A stretch of DNA of 64,000 nucleotides from contig MEPO01000027.1 in the NCBI GenBank assembly GCA_001769805.1, positions 75,276 to 139,275 on the forward strand, read 5' to 3'. The notes below the pieces were generated by a model. That model searched no databases, was not told the DNA's origin, and worked only from the letters and a program-made list of their open reading frames with translations. Below are positions 26,254 through 35,478 of this stretch, in pieces. Made by a program: the position numbers and the translations under genes. This stretch comes from Bdellovibrionales bacterium GWA1_52_35. GTDB taxonomy: Bacteria; Bdellovibrionota; UBA1018. Position 1 is the stretch's first letter. The number at the start of each line of letters is the position of its first letter.

Positions 26254-26826
26254 ATGTGGCGGTATGAAGGAGAACTCGTGGGAATTGACGCAGAATCTAA
26301 AGAATGTCTCGAGAACATAATGAAGCTGACTTGGGCCAAGCAGCACAAAATTGCGGGGGTCCGTACCGTACTGATTGTCCTTTCCGAGTCTTTTTTGCCC
26401 TTTGATACCGACTCGCTTCGACAAAAAGTCCTCAACTCGTATCCGGATGCCACCGTTTTCTTTTACAGCACCCGGGGCAAACCCCTGGGCGTGCATCCTC
26501 CCGAAAAGATCGACCTGTTGATCGACTTTACTGGACCCCACCAATACCAACCATTTCTCCTGCCTAGAATGTTTCGGAAGATGGCACGCGTAGCCGTTGG
26601 ACGGAAGACCGGCTGGCTCCGCAATAAATTTTACGACACGGTTCTGGATGAAAACGCGGAACCCAATCTTTCTCCCGATCCGCAGATTCGGGAGCTGGAA
26701 ACCCAGAAGAAGTTACTCGGGCTTGCCGGCGTTCTGAACAATCACTCCGGCATCGCCTTACCGGACCGGGGGACGATCACGCCTCGCGAACTGCCGCCGC
26801 TGCAGCGCTCACCTTCGCTGCTTTAG
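26254..26826 (+). CDS. Hypothetical protein resembling the N-terminal half of a GT9 heptosyltransferase
   Basis: TVLIVLS..., YPDATV, IDLLIDF, ARVAVG, FYD and LLGLAG pattern; no C-terminal GT-B domain. Confidence 0.5.
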   Translation: MWRYEGELVGIDAESKECLENIMKLTWAKQHKIAGVRTVLIVLSESFLPFDTDSLRQKVLNSYPDATVFFYSTRGKPLGVHPPEKIDLLIDFTGPHQYQPFLLPRMFRKMARVAVGRKTGWLRNKFYDTVLDENAEPNLSPDPQIRELETQKKLLGLAGVLNNHSGIALPDRGTITPRELPPLQRSPSLL

Positions 26827-27255
26827 GAGCTGATCGATTTCAGAAGCATCCACAGAAGGCCGGGCTCCGCCCATTGCTTTCAATGTCGCTTCCAACCGGT
26901 GCACCAGAATATCCTGCTCTTCAGTCGTTTTTTCCGTGTAGTGCTCCAGAAGATATTTGATCGTGGTCAGGGCATCCCAAAGGGAGCCGACGCATTTGCG
27001 GATCTGGGGACGGGTCTCGGCAGTCCTCGCCTTGACCGAAATTTCTTCACCGAGTTTCGCAATCTGGGCCACGGCTGGAAGATTCAACTGCTGTGCGGTC
27101 CCGCGAATTGCAACCATGCGTTCAAAAAATACGGAAAATTTTTCTTTATTGCCCAAAAGATCTTTTTCAATCTCGGCCAGCGTGCGCTCAGCGGTTTCCG
27201 CAAAGCCCCCCAGCTCCTCGATGAATTCTTTGATCTTGAGATCGAACTCGCTCAT
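26809..27255 (-). CDS. HPt/CheA-P1-like protein lacking the phospho-His
   Basis: EFIEE..., FFERMVAIRGTAQQLNL..IA...EE matches the HPt pattern FR..HTIKG.A..LG; ATGA-coupled to the CheY-like gene. Confidence 0.65.
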   Translation of the reverse strand: MSEFDLKIKEFIEELGGFAETAERTLAEIEKDLLGNKEKFSVFFERMVAIRGTAQQLNLPAVAQIAKLGEEISVKARTAETRPQIRKCVGSLWDALTTIKYLLEHYTEKTTEEQDILVHRLEATLKAMGGARPSVDASEIDQLLKQRR

Positions 27256-27650
27256 TCTAACACCCTTTTTTTCAATAAAACGCCGTAAACCTTGCTCTCG
27301 ATCTGCTCCAACGTGAGAGGTTTGATAAGGTAGTCATCCACACCTGATTTGATCGCCTCAATCACGCTCTCGCGGGTACTCTCGGCAGTAACCATGATAA
27401 ACCCGACATCTTTGAAAGTGGGATGCTCACGAACGAACCTCAGGAAGTCGAGCCCGGAAACATCTGTCCCCAGGTGCCAATCACAGAGGACCAGATTGAA
27501 CTGTTCCGCATCCATGAGACGAACGGCGTCGGTCGCACTTTCACAGAGCGTTATTCTTTTAAACCCAAAGCTTTTGAGAATCATTCTGATCTGAGTCCGC
27601 ATGGAGCTGACGTCCTCAATGACCAGGATATTCACTTCGTCTCGAAGCAT
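27252..27650 (-). CDS. CheY-like single-domain response regulator
   Basis: ILVIED, LCDW, MVTAE, AIKSGVDDYLIKP. Confidence 0.92.
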   Translation of the reverse strand: MLRDEVNILVIEDVSSMRTQIRMILKSFGFKRITLCESATDAVRLMDAEQFNLVLCDWHLGTDVSGLDFLRFVREHPTFKDVGFIMVTAESTRESVIEAIKSGVDDYLIKPLTLEQIESKVYGVLLKKRVLE

Positions 27651-27694
27651 TCATCCATTCTACTTGCCAATCGGAAGGCAGCAAACGGCAATTT

Positions 27695-29029
27695 TTAACG
27701 GACTACTTTTTTGACCGATTCAACTCTTTTACTCGCTGAATCCCCCCGGATCCTGGCATCTGCAAGGATATCCCCCCGTCCGAGCCCACCCTCGAGGTCT
27801 CCGGCAAGCTTTTCTTTAAAGCGAGCCCGGCTTTTTCCTTCTTTGCCACAAAGGTAGAATTCAAGATCCTGACCCACACCGTGGCAGGGACTGACCAATC
27901 GATGCAAAGAACAAGGTGTCGCCCCCTGCTTAAGAGCGCTCAAGATTTCTTCCTGAGGCCTGGAATCCCGGGTAATTACGAGATAACTGAATGGCAGATT
28001 GCGTCGATCAAGGCCCGCCATTTTATCGATAATCCTGAAGTAAGGAGGACGCCACCAGCTCACGTCCTCGTGACACCAGTCCTCGTCCGCCTTCAAAGCC
28101 CCGCATTCCTGATGCCCGAGGCAAGGAAGCAGGATTTTCAACCAGTCACAGCCCCGGCGCCCTGCCAGCAGCAAAAGCTCCTGCCGGAGCTGCAGCAGCT
28201 TTCTTGATTGATATTTCAAAGCAGGTTCCACGAGAATCACGACACCTCTCTCCGTAAGATGGCGCTCCCAGGCATCCAGCAAGACCTTTGCAGCAGCCGC
28301 AGGATCGCTCCAGATCTCATTCAGAAAATAGCTCATGACCCACAGATTGAAAGACGGTGCATTCCTCGGAAGTAGTCCTTTCGTCAGATCTACTTTCCGG
28401 TGAAAAGGACGTATGCCCCAATCCCGGTCGCCCGAGGGAAAATATTTTTCCGCCCAAGCGCACCCGAGCTGCAGCACTGCCTTATCCTGCTCGATTAGAG
28501 CCCAGGAGCCGCTCTTCGGCAGTCCCAGCGGTGAAAACCGTTCAGCTGCCGCAATTCCACAGGCACCCGTAGCGGGACCTGCGCCGAACTCAATGGCACG
28601 AAGTTCGTTCTGATTTTCGGGCCAGCGGAATCCCAACCGCGCCAATTCAGCCCAAACGGAAGCCACACGAAAGAGATTGCTCGGCATGAAATAGAGGAAA
28701 TATGCCAAACGTAAATGAGCCGGATTGGAACTCTCCTTCCAGTAGGGATCCAGCCCCTTGGCCTGCGTTTCCGAGCGGTCCAATGCTTCCCTCTCCTTTT
28801 TGACAGCCTTGGCCGGTCTGGCTGTTTCAGCTTCCTTCTGATCAAGCACTTCTTCCCGGTTGAAAAGCGCCGAAAGTTTTTTGACATGAGGAACAACCGA
28901 ACGGGCCATGAATCTCTCAGAACGGGTGGAACCCGCATCAGGGATCAAGCCCCGCTCGGCAGCAAGGGCACCGATCAGCTCCTGAAATTCATCACCGAAG
29001 GCTTTTTGTAAATTTTCGGGAACATGCAT
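27695..29029 (-). CDS. Rsm22/METTL17-family methyltransferase
   Basis: LAYFLYFMP.N, EFGAGPATG, SYFLNE, LVEPA, PC.GH..C, DWCH, FSYL; ATG 29029 with AGGTGGGG RBS. Confidence 0.85.
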   Translation of the reverse strand: MHVPENLQKAFGDEFQELIGALAAERGLIPDAGSTRSERFMARSVVPHVKKLSALFNREEVLDQKEAETARPAKAVKKEREALDRSETQAKGLDPYWKESSNPAHLRLAYFLYFMPSNLFRVASVWAELARLGFRWPENQNELRAIEFGAGPATGACGIAAAERFSPLGLPKSGSWALIEQDKAVLQLGCAWAEKYFPSGDRDWGIRPFHRKVDLTKGLLPRNAPSFNLWVMSYFLNEIWSDPAAAAKVLLDAWERHLTERGVVILVEPALKYQSRKLLQLRQELLLLAGRRGCDWLKILLPCLGHQECGALKADEDWCHEDVSWWRPPYFRIIDKMAGLDRRNLPFSYLVITRDSRPQEEILSALKQGATPCSLHRLVSPCHGVGQDLEFYLCGKEGKSRARFKEKLAGDLEGGLGRGDILADARIRGDSASKRVESVKKVVR

Positions 29030-29092
29030 AGTCCCCCACCTGAGCAAACACCGTGGCCTTTGTCCAGAGGCTGCGTTACCCTTTATTAAAGA

Positions 29093-31054
29093 ATGTGTAC
29101 GATTCCTGAGGAAACAGGTCAGGCTGCTCGGCTGAATGCCTATATTTTGGGACCACCCAGTTGTGCCCGTGCGCTCGGGACGGAAATGGAAAAGCACGGT
29201 TTCACCCCGATCATCGTTGAGGAGATCGTCGAACTGCCCTCGCCTTCGGAACCAGATGCAATCACCCGCATGAAACAGGCCTTGACGGAAGCTCTCCAAA
29301 TCTCCCAGCCCTCCCGCTCCAATGCCGCCGATCAACCAGACTATCTGCACCCGGGAATCAGCCGCTGGGGAGAACGCTCTGAGCTTCCCATCATCGCGCA
29401 GGAGCTTGGACTCTTGACAGTCTGCCCACCGGCCGTTGCTCTTGCACTTTTCGCCAACAAACTGAACCTGCTCAGTGAGGCCGAACGCCTCGGAATACCA
29501 AATCTGGTCCTGAGTTTCGATCCGCTGCATGGGGTACGGGAAGTGGAGCGGTTTCTGATTCATAGCCGGCTCAGCTTCCCGATCGTTTTCCGCTCCGTGC
29601 ACTCCGCGGGATATTTCGGGAAATATATTGTCCGGGATTACGATGACTTCGAGAAGAAACTCGGGCTTTGGATCGAGCAGCTCAACCGGAACACCGGGGA
29701 AGATCTGGTCTTTGCCGAAAGCCATCTGGATGGTGCCCGCCAGCTCTCCTTGCCGTTCGCCCGCTCCCGAGCCGGTGAGCTGATTTTTTTTCCTCCGATT
29801 GACTGTTCACTCCAGGCCCGCTCACGGAAAATCGTCGAAATCTGCCCCGCTCACCACGTGGCCGGCGGCCTTGATCCTGAGGTTGAGTTCAAAATCAAAA
29901 AATGGGCACAGCTCCTCTTGGAACATTCCCGCTTTACCGGACTGGGTTCTCTGGAGTTCCTGATTGACGGCAGCAGAGCCTATCTCACCGATGGTAAAGC
30001 CCGGCTCGCCAGCAGTTACCACCTTTGGGAACGAGTCAGCGGCAACAGCGCGGTCCATTGGCAACTCGCAATGTTGAAAAACGCTTCCATTGAATCGGTT
30101 GTCTCTGAAAAAAAAGCTGACCCCTGGCCCACCGGCGTAGCAGTCCATCTTCTGGCAGAGGACTCTTTGCTGCAGTTGCCGCAGTCCGGCTTTGTTGCTG
30201 AAATTTCCGACAGGCGAAATTGGTCGTTTCCCGGCTCAGAGGCCGAACTCTGGCTCAATATCGCAAAAAATACGGAATTATCCAGCCCCCAGCACGGCAA
30301 ACTGGGTTCGCTCTATGTCGTTGGTCAGGACCTTCTGCAAACCCTCTCGATTGCGCGCGGAATCATGAATACAGATATCTGGATCGCCGGCGCGCTGCAA
30401 ACAAACGAACGTTTCGTTTCCGAGCTGCTCGAACATCCGTGGGTGCGTGCGGGGATTTTTCATACCGGTTTTGTCGATCAGGAATTCACTCCCCGGTTAA
30501 GACCGGAATGGGTCAATCTTTTTGCCTCCCTCTGCGCTTCGCATCCCGATGTCGCGCGCGCGGTCCTGCCCGGCACCCGCTGGATTGTTGGGGATCAGTG
30601 GGCCAAGCCTGACCCTGCAGCCATTCAATGGATCGGAGAGCCCCGTCAGTTCCGTAAAAGTCTGGGCTTTCCCGGGGTCTCCGGGCAAATTCTTCTCCCG
30701 GATGGTCAACAGGTCTCCGTCTGCGCGTACCCGATCGCTCCGATCGCGCTGAGACGCTGGCAGGTACGGATTGGCCCGTGGGTGCTGAATACAAAACTCA
30801 TCCCGCCGTCCACACCCGGCGTCAGTCGCGTCCCAAAACTCCTGGCCCTCGTCCCCGGACGAATTCACTCCCTGCTCTATCGACCAGGCTCCGTAGTAGG
30901 AGCTCATGACACTTCTTTGATCATTGAATCCCTGGGCTACCTGGTCCCCCACGCCTCGCCGAAGGACTTCCGGGTTTTGCACTGGAAAGTCGAGACAGAT
31001 CAAATTGTATGCAGCGGCCAGGAATTGGCAGAAATAGAATTTACGGAACTTTAG
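29093..31054 (+). CDS. Degenerate biotin carboxylase/biotinyl-domain protein
   Basis: LHPG, DCS.Q.R..KIVEICPA, GLGSLEFL, AED, TN..F..LL.HP, TGFVD, plus a C-terminal biotinyl-like domain; catalytic motifs altered. Confidence 0.75.
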   Translation: MCTIPEETGQAARLNAYILGPPSCARALGTEMEKHGFTPIIVEEIVELPSPSEPDAITRMKQALTEALQISQPSRSNAADQPDYLHPGISRWGERSELPIIAQELGLLTVCPPAVALALFANKLNLLSEAERLGIPNLVLSFDPLHGVREVERFLIHSRLSFPIVFRSVHSAGYFGKYIVRDYDDFEKKLGLWIEQLNRNTGEDLVFAESHLDGARQLSLPFARSRAGELIFFPPIDCSLQARSRKIVEICPAHHVAGGLDPEVEFKIKKWAQLLLEHSRFTGLGSLEFLIDGSRAYLTDGKARLASSYHLWERVSGNSAVHWQLAMLKNASIESVVSEKKADPWPTGVAVHLLAEDSLLQLPQSGFVAEISDRRNWSFPGSEAELWLNIAKNTELSSPQHGKLGSLYVVGQDLLQTLSIARGIMNTDIWIAGALQTNERFVSELLEHPWVRAGIFHTGFVDQEFTPRLRPEWVNLFASLCASHPDVARAVLPGTRWIVGDQWAKPDPAAIQWIGEPRQFRKSLGFPGVSGQILLPDGQQVSVCAYPIAPIALRRWQVRIGPWVLNTKLIPPSTPGVSRVPKLLALVPGRIHSLLYRPGSVVGAHDTSLIIESLGYLVPHASPKDFRVLHWKVETDQIVCSGQELAEIEFTEL

Positions 31055-31073
31055 CGTGAAAGAGGAAATGAAG

Positions 31074-31376
31074 ATGCCCGCCTATAGAAGGAAAGTGGAA
31101 ATTCCAGGTAAAAACGCTCAGGAGCTTTACGACAAAATTGCCGGAGATATTGACGATTTTCTCGCAAAAACAACTCTTGGGAATTTCGATTTGAAGCGTT
31201 CTCCTGAAAAAAAACAGATTCAATTGAAGTCCTCTATGTTTTCGGCCACCCTCACCTGCTCCAAGGGTTCGATTTCCCTGGAAGGCCAGCTCAGCTTTTT
31301 AGCCGCGCCCTTTAAATCCAGATTGGACGATGGAATTGATCAATGGCTCAAACGATCTTTCGAATCCCAGGCCTGA
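31074..31376 (+). CDS. Polyhydroxyalkanoic-acid-system (PHA_gran_rgn-like) small protein
   Basis: About 100 aa ending LSFLAAPFKSRL...I...L, as in that family; AGAGG RBS. Confidence 0.55.
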   Translation: MPAYRRKVEIPGKNAQELYDKIAGDIDDFLAKTTLGNFDLKRSPEKKQIQLKSSMFSATLTCSKGSISLEGQLSFLAAPFKSRLDDGIDQWLKRSFESQA

Positions 31377-31377
31377 C

Positions 31378-33066
31378 ATGATGAAAGAGGTTTCAGACAC
31401 TCGGGGCCATTCTATTTTGAGAGCGGCAAGCTTTATGGGCGTGGCCACCTTGATGAGCCGGGTCCTGGGCCTGATTCGGGAACAGGTTTTCGCAATCATG
31501 TTCGGCGCCGGAAATTTCATGGACGCCTTCAACGTCGCATTCAGGATTCCGAACCTTCTGCGCGATCTTTTTGCAGAAGGGGCAATGAGCGCGTCTCTCG
31601 TTCCTACTTTTACGCGGGCCTGTGCCGAAGAAGGCGAACGCCGGGGCTGGAGGGTTGCCGGACTGGTCTTTCGCGTTCTTTTTCTTTCAGTAAGCCTGCT
31701 GGCGGTCATTGGGATATTTTTCGCACCGGAACTCGTTTCGCTCTATGCCTCCGCTTTCAAGCAGATTCCCGGAAAATTCGAACTGACCGTGCGGATGACG
31801 CGAATAATTTTTCCGTTTTTCCCGCTTGTAGCCCTAGCCGCGGCCTTTATGGGTATTTTGAACGCGCGCGGCAAATTTTTCATGCCGGCCTTTTCCTCCG
31901 CCCTCTTTAACATGGCTTCGATCATCGTTGGGGTGGGATGCGCAAAACTTTTCTACACTTACGGACAAAGCTGGGGCATTCAGCCCATCGAGGGCATGGC
32001 TTATGGGGTACTGGCGGGAGGTCTCGTGCAAGCACTCTCTCAACTCCCCCTGCTCTATCGCACAGGTTACCACTGGGAACCCGCCCGACCGGAAGACCCG
32101 GTATGGCATCGGGATCCCCACCTCCGGAAAATGCTGCTCATGATGGTGCCGGGAACGATCGGACTGGCCGCGACTCAGATTAATATTCTAGTGAACACGG
32201 TTTTGGCCACGTCCCAGGGAACCGGTGCGGTTTCCTGGCTGAACTATTCCTTTCGACTCATGCAGTTCCCAATCGGGATCTTCGGAGTATCTCTGGCCGC
32301 GGCGACCCTGCCGAAGGTTTCCCAACTCTGGGTTCACAAAGACGTGAATGGGATTCGAGATACACTCACCCAAAGCCTGAAACATGTCTTCGCCATCAAT
32401 TTGCCCGCATCTGCGGGACTGGCCTTTCTGGGTTACCCGATTATTGAATTGATTTTTCAGTATGGACGGTTCTACCCGGAAGATACCCGCGCCACGGCAA
32501 TGGCCCTGGCCATGTATTCCGTGGGACTAGCCGCCTATTCCAGCGTCAAGGTTCTGGTGCCCGCGTGTTATGCGGTGGGGAACACCAGGGTTCCCGTGGT
32601 CTCAAGCGCATTATCAGTCGGTCTGACCATCTGTCTGAATCTTGTCATGATCGGGCCTTTCGGTTTCTGGGGATTGGCCCTGGGCACCTCAATTGCGGCA
32701 CTTTTCAACGCGACGTATCTGCTTTTCGCACTTCGAAAAATTCTGCACGCAGCCGAAGGAAACCTGCCTTTTCAGCCCATTATTAAGGCTTTTGGTCAAC
32801 AGCTCCTGCTAGCAATGGCCATGGGCATTGGCTGCTGGTTCAGTTATAACGCCTTAAACACTCTGCTGCCCGACAGGATCCTTGTGGATGCCTTCGGACG
32901 TCACGCAATTCCTTTCAGCCGGGGCCTGAAGGTCACGCTTCTGGTCATTGAGGGCATAATCATAGTTGCCTTGCTGGCCAGAATCTTTCGCGTTCGTGAC
33001 ACAACAGACGCTATTGAACTATTTTCAAGAAAATTCAAAAAAAAGCTGAGCCGGGGACAGACTTGA
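31378..33066 (+). CDS. murJ: Lipid II flippase MurJ (MviN)
   Basis: SRVLGLIRE, AFRIPNLLRDLFAEGA, RLMQFPIG; many TM helices. Confidence 0.96.
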   Translation: MMKEVSDTRGHSILRAASFMGVATLMSRVLGLIREQVFAIMFGAGNFMDAFNVAFRIPNLLRDLFAEGAMSASLVPTFTRACAEEGERRGWRVAGLVFRVLFLSVSLLAVIGIFFAPELVSLYASAFKQIPGKFELTVRMTRIIFPFFPLVALAAAFMGILNARGKFFMPAFSSALFNMASIIVGVGCAKLFYTYGQSWGIQPIEGMAYGVLAGGLVQALSQLPLLYRTGYHWEPARPEDPVWHRDPHLRKMLLMMVPGTIGLAATQINILVNTVLATSQGTGAVSWLNYSFRLMQFPIGIFGVSLAAATLPKVSQLWVHKDVNGIRDTLTQSLKHVFAINLPASAGLAFLGYPIIELIFQYGRFYPEDTRATAMALAMYSVGLAAYSSVKVLVPACYAVGNTRVPVVSSALSVGLTICLNLVMIGPFGFWGLALGTSIAALFNATYLLFALRKILHAAEGNLPFQPIIKAFGQQLLLAMAMGIGCWFSYNALNTLLPDRILVDAFGRHAIPFSRGLKVTLLVIEGIIIVALLARIFRVRDTTDAIELFSRKFKKKLSRGQT

Positions 33067-33132
33067 GCTAATCTGTCAATAGGGCTGAACCCGCTTGGCT
33101 CTACTCAAGGACCCTCAAGGAGATGAGACGCG

Positions 33133-33579
33133 ATGTCGACTACCCGCGAAACTGTTCGTCTGTTATGCAAGAGCATTATCAATCGGCTCGAGAATCAAAA
33201 GGCAATTAGTTTCCCGCCGCGACTCCGCCAAGTAATCCAGGACGAAATATTTGGGCTCGTCGGGCCTTCGATCCTGAGTGAACAAGATCTTCGGGAGCGT
33301 ACGCTGGCTCGCATGGGAGCAAAAGCCGACCTGCTGCAAGACACCCAATTTACTGAAAGCGAACAATACAAAGCAGCGCGCGCCGTGATCCGCGGTACGT
33401 TTGGCGACGATATTCTGAACGGGCTCTTCTTTCAGAAGCCGCTCAAAATCATCGCCCATACGCTGGCTGAATACTTCATGCGCTCATCGCACATCGATGA
33501 TGTCTACGAAACAGATGAAGACATTGAACAGCACATCGTCGAAGTGATCCAGAAATTCGACGAAAGCCAGGCCCACTGA
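33133..33579 (+). CDS. Hypothetical protein, DUF507-like
   Basis: AAGGAG RBS; pattern I...L.....I and C-terminal D.YE.DE.I resembling DUF507. Confidence 0.5.
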   Translation: MSTTRETVRLLCKSIINRLENQKAISFPPRLRQVIQDEIFGLVGPSILSEQDLRERTLARMGAKADLLQDTQFTESEQYKAARAVIRGTFGDDILNGLFFQKPLKIIAHTLAEYFMRSSHIDDVYETDEDIEQHIVEVIQKFDESQAH

Positions 33580-33619
33580 AAAGCAAAAGGGATCTGATGG
33601 ACATTTCCACCAGACCCCT
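33579..33619 (-). terminator. Intrinsic terminator downstream of the M4 peptidase gene
   Basis: Minus strand GGGGTCTGGTGGA-AATG-TCCATCAGATCCC (13-bp stem including G-U) followed by TTTTGCTTTT. Confidence 0.7.
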
Positions 33620-33644
33620 CCTGCAAGCTCCCCTGCTTACGTAA

Positions 33645-35195
33645 TTACAACCCTACTTGCCGAAGTGATTTTTGAACCTGAGTACAGGTCACTGCATCAT
33701 AAAGCTGCCGGCAGGCCTTCACCGTTGACGTGCTGAAGGTCTTGAAATTCGAACTTTCAGACATGAAATGTGTCAGGACGAGAAAGAACAGTCTTTCAGC
33801 CTTGGCTTTAGTGATTGCCTCGGACACTAAATACATCGCGTGCCCCGGAACTGTGGAATTGATGTGCACCCAGCAATTGTCGTTAGCTGAGCCGCAGGAT
33901 TTCTGCTTCGGGAACATCTGATTGACGTGTGCCGGATAAGGAAGGTGCTTCATGCAGGTCCCCATGTAATCCCGCTCCGCACAGGCAGAGTGCACCCCGG
34001 GATGAGCAAGATCACGGATGCCGTTTGATCCGGATTTCAGGAAAAGTTTCTTTCCGATAATCCAATCTGAGTCGTTTGCGATCATCTTTCCGAAAAAATC
34101 CGAGAAAGCCTCATTGAGCGCGCCGGATTGATCCATATAGATCAGCTTGGCCGTTTCACTCGTCAGACCATGAGTCATTTCATGACCTGCGACATCCAAG
34201 GCGCGGGTGAAGTCACCAAAATTAACACCGTCTCCATCTCCGTAGGCCATGATTTTGAGTTCAGAACTCCAGAACGCGTTATCAAACTGTTTGCCGATAT
34301 GAACTACGCTGGTGGAAGCCCCTCCGCGCCCATCATAACTATCGCGACCATGCTTGCGCATGTAGTAGTTCAAGACGGCTTTGGAATTCCCAGCAGCCTG
34401 ACGGGCAGACTGATCAGCCTTGGCTGAAATCACGCCGTTCGCGACCACTCTTGGACAGGCTTTCAGGCTCAAGCTTTGCGGGCGGCCTACCTCATCAAGC
34501 ACCTGGCAACCGTGAGAATCAATACCGTTCAGCCGGGTGGTCAAGACATTGACTGGGGCAATTTCGATATGCCGGGACATCACTGAAAGCACATCTCCCG
34601 TATTCGCATCAATCAAGATGTCCTGGCCGACGCTGGTCTCTCCGCCGTCAAAGCCCACCCAATAGATCAAACGTGCCGTGTGGTCCTCAAAGGACGGGAA
34701 AATTTTGAGGATCGGCACCGCGCCAAGAATAGTATCACCGCTTTGTGCGCCCATCGCGGAGCGAGCAATCGCAACGGCTTCGCCGGCACTGAGCGCGGGC
34801 TGGGTATCCAGGTCGAAGGAAGCGATTTCGGCGGTGATCTCAGTTTTATCACTCGCCCGGTGATGAAAAACTCTGGCTCCGACAACTTCGATGCCTTTGA
34901 AGAATTGCTGAAATTTCGTGGTTTCGAGTTCCGGGTCCGTTACGCGATCGGTGATGCTCAGAGCATTCGCCACACTCTGGTGAAGCATCGCCCGTACAGC
35001 TGTGTCCGCGAGGACTGAGCGATGGGCGTCCTGGAGCCTTGCAAATGAATCCAAAGCCGCCGGATTGAATTTCGTGAAGGAAAAGACCGCGTCGTCTGCT
35101 GTTTCCTTGGCCCAAGCCTGTGGTACCAATGAAGAAAGTGCCGAAGTGCCTAAGATCGCGACCCAGATGAATAAGCTTCTCTTGAGATTCTTCAC
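33645..35195 (-). CDS. Secreted M4 (thermolysin-family) metalloprotease with propeptide
   Basis: Signal peptide, FTP/PepSY-like prodomain (IDANTG), NAFW, YGDGDG, HEMTH, GALNEAFSD, VHINS. Confidence 0.93.
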   Translation of the reverse strand: MKNLKRSLFIWVAILGTSALSSLVPQAWAKETADDAVFSFTKFNPAALDSFARLQDAHRSVLADTAVRAMLHQSVANALSITDRVTDPELETTKFQQFFKGIEVVGARVFHHRASDKTEITAEIASFDLDTQPALSAGEAVAIARSAMGAQSGDTILGAVPILKIFPSFEDHTARLIYWVGFDGGETSVGQDILIDANTGDVLSVMSRHIEIAPVNVLTTRLNGIDSHGCQVLDEVGRPQSLSLKACPRVVANGVISAKADQSARQAAGNSKAVLNYYMRKHGRDSYDGRGGASTSVVHIGKQFDNAFWSSELKIMAYGDGDGVNFGDFTRALDVAGHEMTHGLTSETAKLIYMDQSGALNEAFSDFFGKMIANDSDWIIGKKLFLKSGSNGIRDLAHPGVHSACAERDYMGTCMKHLPYPAHVNQMFPKQKSCGSANDNCWVHINSTVPGHAMYLVSEAITKAKAERLFFLVLTHFMSESSNFKTFSTSTVKACRQLYDAVTCTQVQKSLRQVGL

Positions 35196-35478
35196 ATTTC
35201 CCCCATATTTCCTAAGACTTAACGCAGCCAGTCTTCACAGGGAGCGACATCAGCAAGAAATAGTCCAATACAGCTTTAGCTGAAATTACAATAGTTTGAA
35301 ATTTTAAAGGCGGACTTAAACGGCCTTGGTTCATCCTTTTTTCCTAATGTAACGCACCACACCATGAAAATATTACGCACCCAGTCTAGTTTTAGAATAG
35401 GAAGACCTTATCCTTGAGTAAAAAAAGACCGATTAATCAAAGGATGAGCGAAACAAAATTCCTCCGAATGAAAGCTCC

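Noticed and set aside
29030..29725. N-terminal 232 aa of the 676-aa ORF
   Set aside because: Antisense to the carboxylase-like gene; a good RBS and ATG lie at 29029
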